Of a stretch of DNA of 64,000 nt, positions 39,467 to 53,464 are shown piece by piece; position 1 is the stretch's first letter; the number at the start of each line of letters is the position of its first letter. Origin of the DNA: Octopus vulgaris (taxonomy: Eukaryota); contig OX597818.1 of the NCBI GenBank assembly GCA_951406725.2, positions 46,376,001-46,440,000 of the forward strand. The letters run 5' to 3'. The notes below the pieces were generated by a model, which made no database searches, had not been told where the DNA came from, and saw only the letters and a list, made by a program, of their open reading frames with translations. Position numbers and translations under genes: made by a program.

Positions 39467-39689
39467 GTAAGTTGCTTTCACTTTTACATTATTTTTCTAG
39501 TTCACAGAAATAACAACAGAAAAATATAATTTAGCTATGTTAGATCACTAGATTTAGAGTACATGATACAACAATTTTACTTGTGATATATCTATGTATG
39601 TTTCCTTCAGTTTGTATTTAACTTTTAGTATAGCTTGTGGGTTTTTTTAACCAGTTTTATTTTGTATACTGCATTATAATTAACTGGAT

Positions 39690-40350
39690 TTTTGGTAATT
39701 ATCCAAATATCCTGGCCTGACAGACCTATAAAACAGGTTGGCGAGTTGTTTCTTGTCGAACCCCAAAGCCCCTCCCAGGACGTCATCATTTTTGTACTCT
39801 ACCAGCCCTCTATAGAACACCATCTTGTGGATAAGCATGAGTGCTTGTCAGCACTCCTTTTCCCATACAGTCAGATTACATCTTTTTATGAAACTGGGTT
39901 TAAATCTTTCCATAGAAGCCGGTCGTGGGAAGAATCCCTCTGCCAGCGGACTCCACACTTTATCACCTTCCAGGTGGCGCCAGAGATGTCTCAGCCTCAA
40001 CGCATGTCTGCACATCGAGGCATTCCTAACCCACCCTTTAACGGTTCCTGGCAGCAAACAGAGTGCAAGTGGCTTTCCTCCCTTCCACAAAAAGTGGAAA
40101 AGGAGTTGTTCCAACTTGTTTAGTCATGAATTGGGGCAAGGGACAATGGTCAGGCGGTAGGTGATTACAGATGCAATAGGCACCTGTACCACCCCCCGCC
40201 CTTCCTTTCAAGGACAGAGCCCTTCTGGACCAGTGCCTCCACCTTGTCTGCCACCTCGCTCCAATTCTTCTTCTTCTGGGAGTTCAGTCCAAACCAAACT
40301 CCAAGCAACTTAACAGGGCCAGTGATCCATGCCACTGGATGACATCATTC
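39690..40350 (-). mobile_element. L1/Tx1-clade LINE ORF2 fragment, same family as 9840-11220
   Basis: LEQLLFHFLWKG..., HALRLRHLWRHLEGDKVWSPL; LGVWFG. Confidence 0.8.
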
Positions 40351-40821
40351 AAGATAGTAAACAGGATTCACAAAAATAAAACATCACTACACTGAAACAA
40401 GAAATAATACCATCTTTAGTGATAAAACCTTTTTTTATTTTGTTGCCAACTTAATGTGGCAATCCCAGAAAAGGGGAGAATTCTACTGCTATTGAGTCTC
40501 TGGAAACATTGTTTCCAGTTGGTTACGTAATACGAGCGTTTTGTGTCCTTAAGTTTTCAAATAGGGGAGATAAGCACTCCCACCCAGCAAAGCCAGCATC
40601 CAGAGACTAGTTTGAAAACTTAAGGACACAGAATGCTTGTGTCTCATAGCCAACTGGAAACAATGTTTCCTGGGACTAGATAGCAGTAGCATTCTTCCCT
40701 TTCCTGGGACTGCCACATTAAGTTGGCAACAAAATAAAAATAAGTTTTATCACTAAAGATGGCATTATTTCTTGTTTTAGTGTAGTGATGTTTTATTTTT
40801 GTGAATCCTGTTTACAATCTT
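40351..40821. repeat. Imperfect inverted repeat, ~211-bp arms, 49-nt loop
   Basis: 40351-40561 vs 40611-40821, roughly 85-90% complementary by eye. Confidence 0.93.
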
Positions 40822-41978
40822 CTTCCAAATGTGCTTTCCAAAAAAGGAAAGAAAGAAGATTGTTTATTGTAATGCTATGACTTTTTATAATCTCAATATA
40901 CAGTCAAGTCTAAGGTCAGGTCAGGACAGAAATTCATTTATGCAGTGGTTTCCGGTCACAGCATTTTCTCATTCAGTGTCTTTACCTAAATCTAGGCCTT
41001 GAAGATTATTAAATTGTCTTTGTTACGAGTTACAACAACATTTCAGCAACATTTCTTTCATCTTAGAAGTTAATATGAAGTAAATGTATTGCTGCCTTTG
41101 TTACGACAGCAGAATGAGAAAAGAACTTGTCTCTGTAAACTCTGCTTTCAAATAGATGTATGTTATCAAATATTCATTGTGCTGACATTGCATAGCTGCA
41201 AGATATAGACTATATAATAAGTTGCTGCTTTAAACTGTCAGAATGATATTATCTTTCCCATAAAACATGATGTTATTACAAAGACAGTATATATAATATA
41301 CAATATACAATATCAATTCATCCAAAAGAACTGGTTTGGTTAGAAGTGACTATCATCTCGCAATAATATAAAATACATTGATATTTTTAAACAAATGAAA
41401 TATTGATGAATCAATATGCTGGTTGATCATGTTTTATAACTTTCACTTGCAATAACATCTCATTATTCTGGGGGGAATATAAAACTATGTTTTTACCATA
41501 GTGTTTTAAAATATTAAATTGGGTGAAAAGATAGAACTCGCTTTAATTACTTCTTAATATTATTACTTATTTGTTTGAATGATGATTAAGACAGTTTTAG
41601 AATATTAAAAGGGTATATATAACATTTGTTTTAAGGCTAGATATTATGAGCAGAAATTTGAAACAGAAGTGAGAAATAGGTCCATTGAGAGAGCACAAAT
41701 CACATATGTATTTTTTGCTAAATGACATCTGATGGCTACGCAACTTCTACCAAGTTGAGTGACCATGTAACAGATATACAAATATATACAGTATGGCTGG
41801 CCCTCATGCCGGTGGCACGTAAAAGCACCCACTACACTCTTGGAGTGGTTGGCATTAGGAAAGGCATCCAGCTGCAGAAACTCTGCCAGATCAGATTGGA
41901 GTCTGGTGCAGCCATCTGGCTCACCAGTCCTCAGTCAAACCGTCCAACCCATGCCAGCATGGAAAGCAGATGTTAAAC

Positions 41979-42043
<65 letters not shown>

Positions 42044-42602
42044 GGGGGTAAAGCAATATATTCAGTTACTGTGTATCTGTATTGATATTGACATCTAAAA
42101 TATTTAACAGTAAAGTCTATGTATGAAAAGAAATGTCATGATGTGTCAGTGTTTCTTGGTGCACACTGAATTCTAAAGTGCTTGTAATACTGGTGTGTGT
42201 GTAAGGCAGTGAGCTGGCAGAAATGCTTTGCGGTATTTCCTCTGTCTTTACATTCTGAGTTCAATTTCCGCTGAGATTAACTTTGCCTTTTATCCTTTTG
42301 GGGTTGATAAATTAAGTACCAGTTGTGTACTGGGATCGATCTAATTGACTGGCCTCCTCCCCTAAAATTTTGGGCCTTGTTCCTAGAGTAGAAAAGAATA
42401 TTAGTGTGTGTGAATGTGTAGTGTTTGTGCATGCATGTATATGTATGAAGGAGAGAGAGACAGAGAAAAAAACAAAGGAGTTACACAGGAAGAAACAAAA
42501 GAACACATGGAAAATAGGAAAAAACACAAATAAATATGGACACTGTCATCCCTTATCAGTTATCAGCCAATCTTCACAATTTCACACCAGGGCATGTGTA
42601 TC

Positions 42603-42638
<36 letters not shown>

Positions 42639-42897
42639 GACATGTCTATGTAGTTAAGAAGTTTACTTCCTAACTATATGGTTCTGGTTCAGTTACACTG
42701 TGTGGCAGCAAATTAAGGACCCTCATACCAAACAGATCTCACTAAGTTGTCATTTGGAATTATACGCAAATACATTTTTTTTTATATCTCCATTTTATAA
42801 ACTTTATGATTATAATTTTCCCTTAATCCATTATTACCTCATACTGTAACTTACAATTATTTCAATGCTTCCATCCATTTTATATTATCATTAACAG

Positions 42898-43056
42898 GGT
42901 CTATCAATATATAACATTTATGTGAGACATCAATTAAATATACATCCATTCCATGTAGCAGTGATAATCTTCACTCTTCTGAATTGCATTGGCTTTACAA
43001 TTGCCTTGGATATTCTCTGGACATATGAGTGGGTAGTGCTGAGACTATCACTTCTA
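42898..43056 (+). CDS. GDPD5: GDPD5-like coding exon 4
   Basis: aacag|GLSIYNIYVRHQLNIHPFHVAVIIFTLLNCIGFTIALDILWTYEWVVLRLSLL|gtaagt; matches Q.N.H..H..., LW..EW.V...SL. Confidence 0.92.
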
Positions 43057-43834
43057 GTAAGTCTCTTTCATATTTTAAACATTTTTCTCCAAATTACATT
43101 TCTTTTGTCAATGATTAGAAAATATGTTATAGATAAATATTGAGCAATGTTATTTTCTTATGACTACTATTAGTCTCTTTCAGAATTACATACATATAAC
43201 CTTGGGTTGACCAAAGCCTTGTGAGTGGATTTAGTAGAGGGAACCTGTAAGAAACCCATCGTGCACACATGCGGGTGTGTATCTGTGTTTGTCCCGCACT
43301 ACAACCTGACAATCAGTGTTGGTGTGTTTATTTCTGTAACTTAGCAGTTTGGCAAAAAACACTGATAGAATGAGTATCAGGCTTAAAAGAAAAATAAAGA
43401 ACATACTGTGGTTGATTCACTTGACTAAAATACTTTAAGGTGGTGGCCTAGTATGGCTACAGTCTAATGGGTGGAATTGGTAATAAGAAAAAGATAATAT
43501 AACTATGGAAACATAGTCTTCTTGAATCAACTGGAAGATCAAATTGTCACAATTATGAAAGGAAAGTCTTTATAAAGTAGTATAGATACTATATGACATA
43601 GATATCATATGGAGTATCAGGTGTGGCTCTAAGCATAGACGTAGCTGCATAGTAAGAAATTTGTTTCCTGACCACATGGTTTCAGGTTCAGTCCTACTGT
43701 GTGACACCTTGGGCAAGTGTCTTCTACAATAGCCCTGGACCAACTAAAGCCTAGTGAATGGATATGGCAGAGAGAAACTGAAAGAATCCCACTCAGTGTG
43801 CATGTGTGTGTGTGCATGTGTGTGTGTGTGTGTG

Positions 43835-43902
<68 letters not shown>

Positions 43903-44197
43903 CAACATTTTGTCCTTGGCGTCATGTGATAGTTGTAAACAAGTGTCACCATCATGCAAGCAATATCATTCTTTTCCAATCTTCTGTGGAAATATGTGTA
44001 GTCATGGAGAAATACTACCTTACTTAGAAATGGATCAAGATTGGCAATAGGAAGGACATCTTGCCATAGAAAGTTTGCCGTAACAAATTGCATCTAACCC
44101 ATGCAAGCATGGAAAAGTAGATGTTAAAACAATGATGATGACTTTACCATTAAAGTTATTATTTTTAGTTGAGTTATTTTCTTTGATTATTTTCCAG

Positions 44198-44291
44198 ATC
44201 TTTGGTCCTTTTATTCATATTGGTCTGGTTGTGATCTTTACTATTCTCTCTTGTATTCTGATAAGACAGTGGTACAGCTTAGACCAATTCT
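44198..44291 (+). CDS. GDPD5: GDPD5-like coding exon 5
   Basis: ttccag|IFGPFIHIGLVVIFTILSCILIRQWYSLDQF t|gtaagt; PF.H.G motif; phase 0 to 1. Confidence 0.92.
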
Positions 44292-45028
44292 GTAAGTATA
44301 TTTTGTCATTTCAAAAATCTTTGTCAGACATATACAAATTTATTTCTGAAAATGTTGTCGTTAAAGAAAACAGACTTATTAAATTCTATCTCAAATACAA
44401 TGACACTTTTCATTTTCCTAATTTTCTGGTGTTCATACCTTGTTAGTGTAGCATAAATGGCATTTGATTCACCTATCTATATTCCTAAGTTCGAATCTCA
44501 CTGAGGTCAACTTTCTCTTCCATCCTTTTGGAGGGGTTAATAAGATAAACTTTGAGTGCATCGTTAGACCATTAGATGTGATGCATTGTGGAATTTGTTC
44601 TGGTTGTTTGTGTTCTGAATCCTTAGGTGGTTGGTTTAATCCTTTGACCAGTTTAATCCCGCTACCACCACCACCTGGTTCTTGGGAGTCTTCAGTAGAT
44701 TTCAGATTTTTTTTACATGTTTTCTACAGATTTTGTTTTTGAGAGTGACTTCCTTACTTCTTGCCAACAGTCCCAGTGACCATGAATAAAGGATTAGTGA
44801 TACTCTTACTCTTTACTCTTTTACTTGTTTCAGTCATTTGACTGCAGCCATGCTGGAGCACTGCCTTTAGTCGAGTAAATCGACCCCGGGACTTATTCTT
44901 TGTAAGCCCAGTACTTATTCTATCGGTCTCTTTTTTGCTGAACTGCTAAGTGATGGGGACGTAAACACACCAGCATCGGTTGTCAAGCAATGCTAGGGGG
45001 ACAAACACAGACACACAAACACACACAC

Positions 45029-45087
<59 letters not shown>

Positions 45088-45323
45088 TACGATGGGCTTC
45101 TTTCAGTTTCCGTCTACCAAATCCACTCACAAGGCATTGGCCGGCCCGGGGCTATAGCAGAAGACACTTGCCCAAGATGCCACGCAGTGGGACTGAACCT
45201 GGAACCATGTGGTTGGTTAGCAAGCTACTTACCACACAGCCACTGCCACTCCTGCGCCTATGATGTAGATGTAGATAAGGCTTGATATATATAAATATGT
45301 ACATACACACACACACACGTAGA

Positions 45324-45365
<42 letters not shown>

Positions 45366-46050
45366 CAAAAACTAAATATATTCAGAAGATAAACAACAAA
45401 ATAGATATTTATATATATTGACAAATAAATTTACCTTTACTTAGACTATAAAAAATAGGATTATGAGTTTATTTTCTTTTGTGTGTGATTGATCAGCATT
45501 TAGATAACTGTTAAAAGCAGGATTCGTATATTTTATATTGCAACTTGTGAACAATAGCATCATTGGTTACAAGTTTCTAGCTCATGAACCAGTTATTTTG
45601 TTCAGTTTGTCTTCTGTGAGAATCAGAAGAGTATCTGTAACTTGGCGAGTTATTCAGAGATCAGATTTTTTTTTCTTTTTGCATCCTTTGCTGATCCCCA
45701 TGAATGTAATCCCAAATAAACTATTGATCCCTTCTTGATTTCATGGTTCAATTCTGATGTCCCATTAAAAAATTTTTTTTTTCTTTTCATAAAATTGTGA
45801 ATACATGTATAACTGTAAACAAAGTTTATATTGAAATAAAAAGGTAAAAAGAAATGAATAAAATATAATTTGATTTCAGAATGGCTAAGTTTCAACTAAA
45901 CACTGCAATACAGCATTTAATCTGCCACCATTTCTACCTCTCTTACACAATTATAACAATGACCAGGTATGGGGTGACAATTTTATTGGGTCAATATAAA
46001 AACAAAGACTTGTATGCACACACACGCGCACACACACGCGCACACACACG

Positions 46051-46090
<40 letters not shown>

Positions 46091-46763
46091 CACTCATCAT
46101 CACCCTTTTCTTCTTGATCTTATGCATTCTTACCTTGATAATAAATTGTAATGTAGTTACTCATCACCAACTATTGTAGTACCACCACTATTTATGACGA
46201 TACTTGTTTACACTATAACCATGTAGTAACAATAAACATATAACGAAGCTGGGTAACAACATAACAATCCAACAAACTCTCCATGAACTATTTATGAACC
46301 AACAAATGATATTCTGACAAACTACCAAAACGAAACCTTAGGATATCCTGCAATTAATGCCTATTCTCCCTGCCTCTCACTCAGACTGCTACTATTTATA
46401 GCTGTTCGGTCAAGTCTTCCCCACAGGGGGATAGCTTGCTCTGGGCACATCTTATTGAGTTTCTACCAATGCCTTTTCTATATATTGAGCAGAACCATCT
46501 ACCTGAAGGGATTTGTGATTTGTCCACTTTCCTACATACTAAGGTTTTGCTAAATTAACTCTAAGGCCCTTTGATTCCAGTCCTTGCTTCCACACCTGAA
46601 ATTTTTTTCTCCAATTCTAGTAGTGATTCAGATATAAGAACAAGGTCTCTCTGTATGTATACACCCTCCCCACAACCACACCAAATAACAATTTGCAAAC
46701 ATTTACTCATCAAATTGGAAAATAATTATCAGAAAAACCAGCCTTATTCAATGTTTTCAAATA

Positions 46764-49035
46764 CATCATCATCATCATTGTTCGACCGTGGTCGAGACAA
46801 TGGAATTTACCATGTTGCGCCAGACTTCACGGTCCATCATAGCATTACGGAGGTCCTGTTGCTGGATGCCTGTATCCCTGGAGATTACATCAGGGTAGGA
46901 GAGAGTGCGCCCTCTGGTGTTGCGAGTAGATGGCTTCCAGAGGAGAAGAGTAGAAATTACTTCTTTTTCAGCTCTACAACAATGTCCAGCAAACTGGACT
47001 CTCCTACCTTTCACAAGAGATGACACAGGTGGTAATTTCCCATATATTTGCATTTTAGTTGGATGGCGCCTCCACGAGAGATTTTGAGCTCTCATAAGGA
47101 GGCGAGTGTAGGTTCCATCCAACCGCCTCTCAAGCTTTTTTGATAACGTCCAGGTTTCTGAGCCATATAGTAGGATTGGTTCGACTGTGGCTTTGAATAT
47201 TTCAAGTTTGAAGTCTCTACTTAGATTTGATGACCAGATCTTATGCATGTCATTACAGGCTGACCAGGCCATACCCTTTCTAGTTAGAAAGTCTTTTCCA
47301 GATGATGATATGTATGACCCAAGATATTTATAATCAGAAACCATATTTAAAGGTGCACTGTTGAGAGTGTGGATGATGCAATCACTGTTGGACAGGCACT
47401 TGTTTATGTATTCAGTTTTGGTCTCATTGAGGTAAAGACCTACACAATTTGAGGCTTGTTCAAGAGATTGTAAGAGAGACTGGGCATTGGAGAGAGAATC
47501 ACTGATAAGAGCGATGTCGTCAGCAAAGTCAGTGTCTGTCAAGTACTCAGCTGGGTGTCTGGAACTTCTTCTTGGTTTTATTTCAAAGCCCTTGCCAGAG
47601 ATGGTATCAACTGACATACGTAGCACATAATCAACAACAATGATGAAAAGAAATGGGGCGAGTGTGTCTCCCTGCAGTATTCCGGCCTCGATCGAGAAAG
47701 ATGATGTTTCTCCATCAGGGGTTAAGATGGTTGAAGACGTATCTGTGTAGAGGACCTTGATGGCAGAAATAATTTTGTCTGGTATCCCATAGAGCTTAAG
47801 GATTTCAAACATCTTGTACCTATCTACAGAATCGAACGCTTTAGAAAAGTCTACAAATACCATTGCAAGATCGCGATTAAATGCTTTTGATTCTTCAATA
47901 AGTCTGCGCAGGCATAGTATCTGGCTCAGCGTTGAGCGCCCATGTCTGAATCCATTTTGGTTCTTTCGGAGCAAAGGTTCAACAAAAAGGACAAGACGAT
48001 TTAGGATCAGTTTGTTGTACAGTTTTGCAGCAATTGACATTAGAGATATGCCCCTGTAGTTGGTGACGAGGGACAAATCGCCTTTTTTGGGTATTGGAAT
48101 GATTTGAGATTGGTGCCAAATCTCTGGAGCGACAAAGGTGGAAAGTGTGTGGTTGCAGAGGTTAAGCAAAAGCGTGTGAAATCTATCATCCTTCCAAATC
48201 ACAGCCGGAATGTTGTCGGGACCAAATGCTTTCGAGGCTTTTAGTTGCTTGGTGGCTGCTGTTAGTTCAAATATGGTAAAAGGGGAGGTGTTGATGTCCA
48301 GCGTGTCTGATATAGGCACACTTGGGAGAGTGGGATTATCAGGGATTTTGGCATTCTTCCCAAGGAGGTTTTTAAAATGGGTTGACCAATTTTCTAAACG
48401 CTTCTTAGCTGATCCCCCTTTAATTCTAATTGATGACCCAGAATTTTTTGCCTGATAGGTCTTTGATGGATTTCCAGGTGAGATGGTGTTTTTTACTAAT
48501 GTGCTCTTTCGATAGTTTACTAATTTTGCCATTGATAAATTCGACCTCGGCGTTCAAGTAAGCCTCATCAAGATTCTTCCTGGCAGCTATGAGTTGGATC
48601 TTCAGTGACTGGGATGGAGAACGGTGGTAAGCTAGTGATATAGACTTTAGATGGTTTCTGGCTTCGATGACATTTGGGGAATTAGAAGGTTTGCTCTGGC
48701 CCCTACTCTTCCTTTTGGGAAGAGTAGCCAGTGCAACTTCCTCTGTTGATTTGATGAGGCTGCTGTATACTTCCTCAATGTTCTCAGCATCTATTTCAGA
48801 AGTAGACAGAGATTGAAATTTGTTATAGACCTCGATAGTAAATTGTTTGGACATATCGGGGTTAGATAAGACTTCCTCCCAGTCGATCATTTTGATCGGG
48901 TGAGGCTTAGTTTTTTTGGATGAGCGAAGACTAAGCTTAACGGTAGCTGATACAATTCTGTGGTCAGAGCCGACAGAACTAAAGGAAGAGTAGGATCTCG
49001 AGTCCTTAACACTATTGCGCCATTTCTTTCGAAAT
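46764..49035 (-). mobile_element. Young 5'-truncated RTE/RTE-X-like LINE (APE C-terminus + RT), (TGA)n tail
   Basis: 585-aa ORF 46775-48532 with KAFGPDNIP, NYRGISL, QNGFR, FVDFSKAFDSV, GILQGDTLAP, DFADD, YKYLG, LYGSETW; upstream frame with SDHR; a single frameshift near 48430-48530. Confidence 0.95.
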
Positions 49036-49132
49036 ATCATCATACTCATCATCATCATCATCACCACCACCACCATCAACATCGTCATCATCACCATCAT
49101 CATCATCATCATCATCATCACCTCTATCGTTG

Positions 49133-49166
<34 letters not shown>

Positions 49167-49593
49167 TGTCATCATTTAGTGTCTTTTTTCCATGCTGGCA
49201 TGAGTAAGGTAGTTTGAATGGTGCCGGTAAGCCAGAAAGCTGTATTGGGCACCAATCTATTTTGGCTTGATTTCTATGGCAGGAAGCCCTTCCTAACACC
49301 AACCACTGTGTACTGGATGCCTTGTATGTGTCTTTGGCATGGGCTCCTCTTATGTGTTACCAGCACTGGTGCTTTTCACATGTCACCAGCACTGATGTAT
49401 GTATGTACGTATGTATGTACATACGTATGTACATTTACATGTACATATGTATATACAAATGTATGCATGCATGCATGCGCACATGCACATTTAAATACAC
49501 ACAGAAGCATACAGTTGTTCCTTGTAATTTTGTTCCCTATTGAATGGAATTAAATAATATAATATTGCTTTTTTTGTTTTCTTTCCCATATAG

Positions 49594-49739
49594 GTTTAAA
49601 ACTATTAATTTCAGTGGTATACATAGCAATTCTTGTTGGCCTCTATATCATTCCACTATTTATTGACTCTCCATGTGTTCGACCAGCAGACAGCTTGCCT
49701 TCCAGACCAAGATTGTTTGCCCACCGAGGTGCGTCAGGG
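49594..49739 (+). CDS. GDPD5: GDPD5-like coding exon 6 (TM5, start of the catalytic domain, AHRG)
   Basis: tatag|gt LKLLISVVYIAILVGLYIIPLFIDSPCVRPADSLPSRPRLFAHRGASG|gtatgt. Confidence 0.95.
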
Positions 49740-50180
49740 GTATGTATTCACTTATTTATTTTAAAGCTCTAAAATGATAATTATTTTCAGTAGTATGTCC
49801 TTGGTTCTTGGTTCATTAACTACAGAAAGATAAAAATGGAAGATTTTATCTCTTATAACATTCAAATGGAAAGAAATGGAAAATCAACATCATCATCATC
49901 ATCATAGTTTTCATGACCACTTTTCCATTTTTGCTTGAGTCAGATGGAGTTTATTGAGGCATATTTTTCTATGGCTGGGTGCCTTTCCTGTCACCAATCC
50001 TTACCTGTTTCCATGCAAATCACTATTACCCCATCAGTGGACAGGTTTATGCAGAATATTGGTAATGAATGATACTACTTTGTATGACAGTGACACAACT
50101 ATCATGTGTTGTCAAGACAAGGCAACATAAATGTATACATACTCTCTCTCCCTCTTTCTCACACACACAAATAAACAAAT

Positions 50181-50350
50181 ATAAATGACAAGGGAACAAG
50201 AAATGATGTAATGAACTTCATTAGGTTACCGCTGTTTCTATTATAAGGTGATACTCAAACACTCAACTATGAGTTCCTTGCATCTTGTAGCAGAAACAGC
50301 TGTAAGCTAATGAAGTTCATAACATAATTTCTGGTTCTCTTGTCATTTAT
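50181..50350. repeat. Imperfect inverted repeat, 70-bp arms, with a hammerhead-like GAAACAGCTGTA remnant
   Basis: 50181-50250 vs 50281-50350; GAAAC-AGCT-GTA at 50293-50304. Confidence 0.8.
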
Positions 50351-51304
50351 GTAATCTCTTATTACACTCTCTACTTGACTAATGCTTTTCTCCGAAGCAT
50401 ATGTATATTGACAGGGTTAAAGTAGAAGACACCCAAGATGTTACACAGTGGGACTGAACCTGAAACCATGCAGATGGGAAGGAAACTTTTTAACCACACA
50501 GGGATGTCTACACCTATATTGAATATTGCAAAGTCTCAAGTTTGGTTCTCAAATGTCTCAGACATGTCTTGTAGAACCAGGAATTTTAAATAATCACATC
50601 TAAAAATATCAGAATTTCTTCCGCTACACGTCTATTAATAGTATTTTCACCATTGTTCAGTGTATCTTGTTGTTTTTCTGTTTTTTGTTAAAATAGATTT
50701 CCTTTTATTTGTTTTAGAAAGTAATGAATATTTGGTGTTAGTAGATACATCGTTAGTACACACCCATTTATTGTCTTTCAATCAATACACAGCTTATAAA
50801 TTAATGGAGTTGGGTGGGTTGCTATATGGAATGTAATTTGAGTAGAATCTAATTTTACTGAATTTGTGTGTGAGTGTACTTTAGCAGTGAACAGTGTTTT
50901 TCGCTATTAATAGTGTACACTGGAGCTTATTGTGGCTTTTACTTTGTTAAGGAAGTCAAAGGTGTCAGTCTGGTGCAGCTTTTGCCCATTAAAAGACATA
51001 AGCTCAACTTGTAAAACTAATGAATAGTTAGTCATTCAATGTGACCTCTTTGTGACTATGTTAGTGTGTGGCCTTTTGATAAAGGCATTGGTTCAATTCT
51101 TGATCTTGCTAGTGCATAGTGTGTTTGAACAAGGCATTTCATTTCACATGCCCCATTTCATTTAGCTGAAAATTAATCCCAGAGGGAGTGGTTTTAATCC
51201 TGAAATGGGCTGCAGTTCTCTATAGTGGAGGAGTGTTGTACTCTTAAACCCCATAGAAACTGAAAGAAACTCTGGTCTAATGAACCTGTAAGCAACAAAC
51301 TTAC

Positions 51305-51985
51305 TATTTAGCATTCACATTATTCTGTCAAAAATAATGCTTATTTGTTCACTTTGTTTTGAATTAATCATACATTATCTTGTACCTTTGAGATTTTGAT
51401 GAGGTAACTGTTAATTTTTAGAATTATATTGTCGGGTTGGTGTCAGAGTACAGATCTGGTCAGTTTGAATATAATATTTTGAACATATTTTGGCTGGATA
51501 TGATCGGTTTAAATGCTAAATTGATTATGAGGTCACTTTACCTGCTAGAAATAGCAGTCAAAGGTCACATTGAATAATGTATTCTTAGATACCCTTGAAA
51601 GGACAGGATTGTCCTGTTTTGAATGCTTTTGCTTATAGGTCTAATCAGTCACAGCTGACCTGGGGTTAAACCACCATGATAGTGAGTTGTGTGTTTTCTT
51701 ATGATTTATTTTTACAGGAAGGTTGATTGAGTCATTCTCAGTAACTGCAGATGTGGCTTGTGTCTCATTGCCATTTTAAACCTTTTGTGTTCAGATTACT
51801 CTGTCAGCTGTAATGTGTATTTATTCACATCATTTTGAATTTATCCTGCATTATTTTGTGGCCTTGAGATTTCAATGATGTGATTGTGTTCAAAATGACA
51901 TTCCAGGATAAGTGTGAGTTGCCAGATCTGACTAGTTTGAACATTAAACATTTAGAATATTTTGGCTTAAATGCTAAAGGGTTAC
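51305..51985. mobile_element. Two copies of a piggyBac-type MITE family (tttagcattc..aatgctaaaggg); third copy at 60890-61326
   Basis: Shared TIR and body at 51305-51520 and 51778-51985. Confidence 0.65.
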
Positions 51986-52529
51986 TGACTAAACTAGCTG
52001 TTGTTTCCTTTGTTTGTTGTTTCATTGATGATTACAAATATGATACTACATTTGGACACAGAATCAGTTTATTGTAGAGTCCTGAACATGGTGAGCATGT
52101 ATTCTCCTGCTCAGCCCATTCAGTAATTTTATATTAAGGCCCCAATTTGATATTTTATTTGTCGGAAATTTAGCTGAAATTTTCATGTTGCTTTAATGAC
52201 TAACCATGGTGCTTTCATATTCCACCAAAATACTAAGTTGTTCTCCATATGAACTGTTGAAAAAAAATTTGCTTTGTCTAATTGGCATTAGGAAGGGCAT
52301 CCAGCTGTAGGAACCATGTCAATTCAGACTAGAACCTGGTGCAGCTCTCTGGCTCATCAGCTCCAGTCAAACCATCTAGCCCATGCCAGCATGGAGAGCA
52401 GATGTTAATCGATGATGGTGGTGGTGGCGGCAGTGGTGGCAGCAGTGGCGGTGGTGGTAGTGGTGGCGATGGTGGTGGTGGTGGTGGTGATAATGATGAT
52501 GATGATGGTGATGATGATCCATTCTTTCT

Positions 52530-53464
52530 CTAAAATGCTCTGGAATAGTCTGCAGCTACTTCCTCCTCACCTTTTTCAAGCTTGTAATGTACAATTGTTA
52601 AGTGTCTGATTTATTGTGTGGTATGTAATAGTTTTCAGCATTCCCAGTTTTACTACTAATAGTGAAGATGCTTCTCTATAGCCGTATGGGAACATTCCAT
52701 TTTTTCTGCCAATTCCCTTGTCATTTGATGAGAGTTTGGTTTAATTGCTCTTCATCAAACTCAACTGTATGGCCAGAACAAGGTGCATCTTTGAGGTCAA
52801 AATTTCCACTTTTGAACTTGGCATACCAATCACAAGCGGTTTTTTCAGCTATGGCACCCTCCCCATACACAGCACAAATGTTGTGAGCAGCTTTTGTGGC
52901 CTCAGAACCTTGATTAAAAGCAAAAAGGAGGAGATGTCAAAAATGCTCGTTTTTCTTAACTTGGCATTCCATTTTAATGATGTGAAAATAAACAAACATT
53001 AACTGAAATTAACTAGAAAAAAAAAATGCAAAATAGATTCCAAAATGATTCAAAAATAGAATTTGTTTATCCGACTCGTGGCCGATGCCAGCACCGCCTC
53101 GACTGGCTTCCGTGCCGGTGGCACATAAAATACACCAATCCGACCGTGGCCGTTGCCAGCCTTGCCTGGCACCTGTGCAGGTGGCACGTAAAAAGCACCC
53201 ACTACACTCACGGAGTGGTTGGCGTTAGGAAGGGCATCCAGCTGTAGAAACATTGCCAGATTAGACTGGAGCCTGGTGCAGCCTTCTGGCTTCCCAGAAC
53301 CCCGGTCGAACCGTCCAACCCATGCTAGCATGGAGAACGGACGTTAAACGATGATGATGATGATGATGATGATGAATTCTAAAAAAAAAGAGATTCCAGA
53401 ATTTAAAAACGCAATAAATTCCGAAATTTAAAAAAACAGCGGGAACTTAGTTGCCAACCCAATA
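52530..53464 (-). mobile_element. Mariner transposon 5' remnant interrupted by an RTE-tail repeat (53070-53375)
   Basis: TIR tattgggttggcaactaagttccc at the right end; minus strand MECQVKKNEHF.., ICAVYGEGAIAEKTACDWYAKFKSGNFDLKDAPCSG, TRELAEKMECSH. Confidence 0.85.

Noticed and set aside
46145-46425. Possible solo LTR (TGT..CCACA with minus-strand TATAAATA)
   Set aside because: No matching TSD found; boundaries ambiguous
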